Assembly: GCA_002633005.1 (NCBI GenBank)
Contig: NMRA01000175.1
Location: 23,432-87,431 of the forward strand
DNA from: Phoronis australis
Taxonomy: Eukaryota > Animalia > Phoronida
DNA: 64,000 bases
Direction: 5' to 3'
Shown here: piece after piece, positions 56,383 to 64,000 of the stretch
How the letters are laid out: every line of letters begins with the position of its first letter
Numbering within the stretch: position 1 is the first letter of the stretch
Made by a program: the position numbers and the translations under genes
Notes under the pieces: model-generated
What the model was told of the DNA's origin: nothing
Database searches by the model: none
The model's input: only the letters and a program-made list of their open reading frames with translations

Positions 56383-59300
56383 CACCTGGTAATACCTGGA
56401 TTTGTATTCCACCTGGTAATTAGCTGCTCTTGTTGCTATGCAGGCCACTGATACCTTTGAGTTAGGACATTGCATGATTTCATAAGTCTTCTTTCAATGC
56501 ATTCCATTCCAGAACTACCATACCATATACACGGTCTTCAAGGGATTCATTCACTTGTAAAGCACAGTAAGGTAAGTTATTTTTGTTGCTCTGCCTGCAA
56601 AATGTTTCGTTGGAGATTTACCCACTACCAAAAGCACTGTGTGAACGATGTTTTGTTGGAGATTTACCCACTACCAAAAGCCCTGTGTGAACGATGTTTT
56701 GTGATCTTCCATTTCATAGGCATGACTGAAGAAAGAAAAAATGCCGCTGCCATGCTTTTTCTTGGTGTTACCTGGACATTCTTAACATCCTTGCGGCATC
56801 ATCCTCCGTTGTCCCACTTTTTCATTTGAAATGTTGACAACTATGGTTGTGATGTAGGTAAATGATGATAAATGACATTTGCTCGACAGCCATTGTAATC
56901 TTATTTAGTTTGCATATTGCATCCATACATCCCCCTGGGAATTGATGGGCTCAAATGCGTTTTTGTGATCCACGATGATGGCTTTTGTAGATGGCTTCGC
57001 TGCTCCAGATCCATTCTTCCGGCACCTTTTTATATTAACAAGCACTTCATCTGTCCTGGCATTTAGGTCAATTTGCTGTCATTTTGATTGAATTTATCGT
57101 GTATGTTAAAGTCATTTGCGTGCGCAGCATAGTAATCATTTTGTCTTCTAGAAGACAATGAAGTCACCAGCTTGTACATCTGTGACCGAATTAATGTACT
57201 GCACAAACAACGTAGCCTGTGTACTTGACATGAGGAATGACACTAAATAGCTGTTGTTTGTTTCGAATGTTGAATTTCATCTTTGCTAAAGTCTCGCTAA
57301 TTTAGGACACAAGGTGGAGGACAAGCGAAACTTATTTTCTCACATTTTCATAAAAGACACATTGTGCATGTTCAACTACATACCATATAGGATATTTTGA
57401 GAAAACTGTGGCCATCCACAACCTTAAAGACATTGAAAAATGAGAAGAGCTATTTTGTTTATTATTATAGTTTATTTGTCTTTTAAAAAATATAATTTTA
57501 TGTGACTATGATGGTGTGTACTGCATTGTGTACTTTTGCTATATGTGTACAGGACTTGTTTTTGTTTTGCAGATTGGCTGTTAAGAGTATTTAGACTAAA
57601 TTGCTGTTTGGAGGCTGTTATCATAGTTTTACTCAATTTTTTTCATAAGTAGTGTTTTTTAATTTACCTTCATTTTTTCTATGTTTGTCCAAATCAAGTC
57701 GGTGACGTACCTGGCCTGCCCGTTGATGTGCCTAATTGGTAGTTGCATGCCATTTGCAATACAACATTTGTGGTGGTGCATGGTTCTATAAGCCAAGAGT
57801 AGCATACGGTAGCCTCTCTACATTGATCCACAGATTTCAGGCCGTGCAGGCAAATTGACCCTTAACAATGTGATTTTGCTCTAAAACGGATCCTATAAGT
57901 GTTATCAATGATACGTCTTGTAGTGTTTTCCATTAAGGGTTTAAATCTGCTACCTCACAATTTCTGCTGTGTATCCTTTGAAAATTGAAATTGCAGTGTA
58001 TTCGAATGAAGTTCACTTCCAAATTCTTTTGTGGGTTGCTGCAGACCTACCATCCAAAGTTCCTTGTGTGCGTTTCAATTTCTTGGGACCTAAAAAAGTT
58101 CAGAAATTATAAATTTTACTTGCACAGAATGTTGCATACTTGGAAAAGTCAAATTGTGGATTTTTATTCTGATTAGCTAGAAACAATTGACGATTGTCAT
58201 TTCTTCAGTTTTACTTCTTTCAACAACAAAAATAGTGCAGTGACGCACCCATGAAGTCAATATCTTTTAAGCTTGGTTGTATTGAATTATGCAAAAACGC
58301 AGCGTCTGGCAAAGAATGCATAGGTGTTGTTTTTATACACCTTGTGACATATACTTCCAGACAGTGATTATTGTGACATATCGAGTGTCTAAAAATATCA
58401 CTTTGATGTAGAAACAGTATGCCACACAGGGCATTAATATATGTAATGCTTTAATGACTAGTTGGATGAATCGACTTAAACACGAACAATTCTGCTTTGA
58501 AATACTTTTTATACAAGATATNCACCTGGTAATACCTGGATTTGTATTCCACCTGGTAATTAGCTGCTCTTGTTGCCATGCAGGCCACTGATACCTTTGA
58601 GTTAGGACATTGCATGATTTCATAAGTCTTCTTTCAATGCATTCCATTCCAGAACTACCATACCACATACACGGTCTTCAAGGGATTCATTCACTTGTAA
58701 AGCACAGTAAGGTACGTTATTTTTGTTGCTCTGCCTGCAAAATGTTTTGTTGAAGATTTACCCACTACCAAAAGCACTGTGTGAATGATGTTTTGTGATT
58801 TTCCATTTCACAGGCATGACTGAAGAAAGAAAAAATGCCGCTGCCATGCTTTTTCTTGGTGTTACCTGGACATTCTTAACATCCTTGCGGCAACTCCTCC
58901 GTTGTCCCACTTTTTCATTTTGAAATGTTGACAACTTTGGCTGTGATGTAGGTAAATGATGATAAATGACATTTGCTTGACAGCCATTGTAATCTTATTT
59001 AGTTTGCATATTGCATCCATACATCCCCCTGGGAATTGATGGGCTCAAATGCGTTTTTGTGATCCACGATGATGCCTTTTGTAGATGGCTTCGCTGCTCC
59101 AGATCCATTCTTCCGGCACCTTTTTATATTAACAAGCACTTCATCTGTCCTGGCATTTAGGTCAATTTGCTGTCATTTTGATTGAATTTATCGTGTATGT
59201 TAAAGTCATTTGCGTGCGCGGCATAGTAATCATTTTGTCTTCTAGAAGACAATGAAGTCACCAACTTGTACGTCTGTGACCGAATTAATGTACTGCACAA

Positions 59301-60629
59301 ACAACGTGGCCTGTGTACTTGACATGAGGAATGACACTAAATAGCTGTTGTTTGTTTCGAATGTTGAATTTCATCTCTGCTTAAGTCTCCCCAGTTTAGG
59401 ACACAAGGTGGAGGACAAGCGAAATTTATTTTCTCACATTTTCATAAAAGACACGTTGTGCCAAAAAAACTGTCATTTTCAACTACATACCATATCACGG
59501 AATATTTTGAGAAAACTGTGGCCATCCACAACCTTAAAGACGTTGAAAAATGAGAAGAGCTATTTTATTTATTATTATAGTTTATTTATCTTTTAAAAAA
59601 TACAATGTGACTGTGATGGTGTGTACTGCATTGTGTACTTTTGCTATATGTGTACAGGACTCGTTTTTGTTTTGCAGCTTGGCTGTTACGAGTATTTGGA
59701 CTAAATTGCTGTTTGGAGGCTGTTATCATAGTTTTGCTCAATTTTTTTTCTTAAGTAGCATTTTTTAATTTACCTTCATTTTTTCTTTGTTTGTCCAAAT
59801 CAAGTTGGTGACTTACGTGGCCTGCCTGTTGATGTGCCTTAAATTGGTAGTTACGTGCCATTTGCAATACAAAATTTGTGGTGGTGCATGGTTCTATAAG
59901 CTAAAAGTAGCGTACGGTAGCCTCTCTACATTGATCCACAGATTTCAGGCCGTGCAGGCAAATTGACCCTTAACAATGTGATTTTGCTCTAAAACGGATC
60001 CTATAGGTGTTATCAATGATACGTCTTGTAGTGTTTTCCATTAAGGGTTTAAATCTGTTACCTCACAATTTCTGCTGTGTATCCTTTGAAAATTGAAATT
60101 GCAGTGTATTCGAATGAAGTTCACTTCCAAATTCTTTTGTGGGTTGCTGCAGACCTACCATCCAAAGTTCCTTGTGTGCGTTTCAATTTCTTGGGACCTA
60201 AAAAAGTTCAGAAATTATAAATTTTACTTGCACAGAATGTTGCATACTTGGAAAAGTCAAATTGTGGATTTTTATTCTGATTAGCTAGAAACAATTGACG
60301 ATTGTCATTTCTTCAGTTTTACTTCTTTCAACAACAAAAATAGTGCAGTGACGCACCCATGAAGTCAATATCTTTTAAGCTTGGTTGTATTGAATTATGC
60401 AAAAACGCAGCGTCTGGCAAAGAATGCATAGGTGTTGTTTTTATACACCTTGTGACATATACTTCCAGACAGTGATTATTGTGACATATCGAGTGTCTAA
60501 AAATATCACTTTGATGTAGAAACAGTATGCCACACAGGGCATTAATATATGTAATGCTTTAATGACTAGTTGGATGAATCGACTTAAACACGAACAATTC
60601 TGCTTTGAAATACTTTTTATACAAGATAT
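56383..60629. repeat. ~2.1-kb tandem duplication (56383-58521 / 58523-60629) joined by a single N
   Basis: Near-identical copies with SNPs and indels, N at 58522; identical 63-aa ORFs at 57985 and 60093. Confidence 0.95.
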
Positions 60630-63600
60630 ATCAATGAAATTAAAACTTGACAGTCATTATTGCATGTCGCTAGGTTGAAATTGCTTTGTTTCATGGGATT
60701 TTCTAAACAGCCATACAGACAACCCTCAGATGATGTTAATCTACCTCCTAGTCTGCAACTTTTTTCTGTTTGAATAGTGCAAACATAAAAATAAAAGAGC
60801 GAATTTGCTGGAATCGTTATTGACATTAAAAACATGCCAAGAGTTTATACAACTCGGTGTAGGTAACAGAACGTTTGCTGTCAATCAGTCAGAATGGAAG
60901 TGATGTGTGACCACTGCAATATAACAACAACATGACCTTTCAAAATGCGTAGTTACAGTGCCCCAATGAGACCATGGAACTATAAGTTTGCTTGAACCAA
61001 TAGGTGGCCACAGTCTTACAGCTGCATAGAATATTCTGTCTATAAATACTTAAGTGGTGTAGAACCAGTTGGGTTTTTTAGTACTCGAAATTAGTGTTTC
61101 TAATTTTATGCACCTGATGACCGATCGGGTGGAAGGTAGTTTTTCCACTTGTGTGTACATGTGTTGGTGAATTGGGAAAAGTTTTCAATGATGGACATGG
61201 GCCGGGTCTTGCCGATTATGATATTGAAATTGGTGTATTGTTCACTAATTCATTTGGAGAGTATTTTTTTAAAGATAATTTTGCTATGGGCAGCCTTTTT
61301 ATCCAGGTATGGCTATGGGTATGATTATTTACAAAAACATTATTTAGCTGGAGTTGTTTTCTCACCTTCTCGAGACCTTTCCCAGTGCCTTGTTACATGT
61401 TCTCAACAGGCACTGCACTGCGTCGTTCTACCTTTTTTCTGTCAGGTATTGAAACTGGATGCTCTTTTAGCCATTTTTCAATACAGCTGTGACATGATGA
61501 AATACGCTTTTTTGCTATATGGTGACAAGGTGGTAAATGAATAGCGTTCTGCATTCTGTTACGGATTGAATGTAGTTCCCTATTTCTGGTCATTTTTATA
61601 AATTCTTTATTTCATTCAAAATATTCACACAAATGTTTCATGATGCTGGTGAATGAAAGAAATTGCATTTCATCCCTGTAACCTCGGCACGTCTTGCGCA
61701 CCAGAAATAGCTGAAGATCCCAGCGAAAGATGCCTTTGTGCTTTTGCAGCGCTAAATAGTTGTTTGCCGAATGTATATCAGGTATTGATATGGATTGCTT
61801 TTTTGCCTGTCATAAATCTTGAAAGGGGTCCAATTTTTACTTCATGGAGGCATATACCTGATCCCAATTTGTTCCAAAGAACGCCAGGCCTTGTGGATTT
61901 GAGTGATGCAAACAGTTGGTGATCTCGACTTATTACCATAATGAAAGTTACCTTCAAATATTGGTGTCTGTGAATTTAGTTATTCAAACATTGATCTATA
62001 AGAACTTAGAAACATTATGTTCAAATAAATGCCCATATTAGCCTGTCATTATAGTACAGATTCTATGGTTTCTATTTTCCCCACCAGGTGCCCCCATTGT
62101 TGTTCAGTGAAGTGGAACTGTTTTGCTGTGTTGTTCTTTACACCACAGCCAGCACTTTTGTACAAACTACAGTGGGTGATGGATGGATGGATGGATACAG
62201 ATGGCATTTCTCTCTTGCTCTTGGTTTGATGCTTATCTCTCTTAAGTGATTGAGCTGTAAGTGTTTTTGTTGAATGTTGAAAATTTTCATTGCATGATTT
62301 GCTTGATAGGCAAAGGGATAGGCCAATTCTAATCCCCATTTTTAGTGATTTCACGCAAAGCTAGTTCTGTTACCAGGCTATTTTACAATTACTACTCCCC
62401 CAAGGAGTTAAAAGCATTATTCAGGTAAATCATTTTCTCATCATGCCACAAAGCAGTTTACCAAAATGTATTTTTAATATGTGACACTGCAGTCTATTTA
62501 TTACTTAATGGGCACTTGGGAGAACTCCATTACCTGGAAGTGTCCATTCAAGTAACAGAGAGCACTGTTGGGTATTCTGAGGCAGATCCTGTTACGAAGT
62601 GGATTACAGTAAATTTTCACCCACTTTGCACACAATATGGCTGACAGGTGAAATTCTTTTTCTTATTTTTTCATATAAGATATATATTTATATATATGGT
62701 GCAAAATTAATGTTTTACCATGTTCAAGATTGTATGATATATCTACCAGGACACAAATTTTTGAAAACTTATGGACCCAAAACAGTGTACGAAGGCTTTG
62801 AACGTAAGAAAACATTCAATTTTGTCAGTTATTTTTGTCTGAAATATTTGAGATTTCACCATAACGTGTATTTGTGTGTTCAGTCTGTCCTCACATGAGT
62901 GTATTAGCTATTAGGCTCATAACTGGTCCATTTAGCAGAAATTGAGCAGGAACTTTCGAAACTGGTCCTTTCTTTCAAAGATTGACAGGGGACTGAGGAT
63001 TATTTTATTTCAATTTGAAAATGTTTGAAAGTTTAGGATTGAATTTTGTTGTGGTTTGGAAATATATTTTGAAATTAGGTTTGGACTCTCTTAATTGATT
63101 TTGCATAGATGACAGTTTTGTTAAAAGTGTGATTTTTATTAACACAAAGCAATTCGATTGAACAATGTTATTCATTATAAAAGCGTTATTTCCATTTGCT
63201 GTTTTGATGAGTTGCAGGACACATGGTCAAGCTGCTGCTCAGCCAACCTCTTGTTCTATTAATAGCCTGTTGTTCGATGATTGATGCCATTTTAATGTTA
63301 GACTGTATCTAATTGCGGCCAGATCAATGGTTGACACCATCTACAAAGCAGTTATAGTACAGGGCAAAAAAGTCAGTCAAAACGAAGGGCTTCCCTGCTA
63401 TGACAACTGAGCATTAGTGCAATACGACATCATGACGACTGAGCGTCAGCAGAATTCAATTTCCCAGAATAGTTGAAGTGACCTGAGTCATTTACCATTC
63501 GTGACAGAGAAACTGAATTTCGCTTAATTATCTTTGATGTGTACTGTAACACAGGCGTGATAAAGACAAAATGTAGAACACTGAAGTAGTCGAAAACAGA

Positions 63601-64000
63601 ACCTATTTTTCTACATCTTGGTTGTTTGCCATCAATAAAAAATGTCTTGGATTTGATAAACTGGGACAGACGTTGCACCAAGAAAGCGAACGATATACAT
63701 GCTTGAATGTTTTTTGTGTAACACAATTCAGGGCTGAACATCATTGAATAATTCATTTTCTTTTCTTTTTCTGCCATCTAGCAAGCGGCTACGTGGCTAA
63801 TGAAAACTCGTTGGTCGCTTTACCTGCATTTATTAAAGTTCACACCTGTTCATCTAGAGTAGAATAGAACAGTGTTGTCCGTATAGCTGAAATGTTTGTA
63901 TAGAAAACAAACCTATTATTTGTAGAAAAGGTGTTTCGTCATATGCTTTTCATTTCCATACTCAGCATATTGTAAACATCATCTTTGCTATGCTTGTCAA

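Overview
Eukaryotic (invertebrate metazoan, possibly lophotrochozoan) genomic DNA. It is dominated by one + strand, intron-rich gene for a Rho-associated coiled-coil kinase (ROCK/Rok). I traced 32 phase-compatible GT-AG coding exons from 8918 to the TAG at 50174-50176 (4059 nt, 1352 aa plus stop). They cover the kinase domain, AGC C-tail, coiled coil with Shroom/Rho-binding region, and split PH-C1 domain. The start exon is not visible. The most unusual signal is that at least seven introns hold decaying tandem 'echo' copies of the adjacent exon end with its splice site: acceptor echoes lie upstream of exons and donor echoes downstream. Other content: a candidate 12-nt microexon, hAT-like MITEs (one with a perfect 8-bp TSD), intronic hairpins, minisatellites and a tRNA-like SINE head. 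Two tandem duplications joined by a single N are probably haplotype assembly artefacts. All coordinates and alignments were read by eye.
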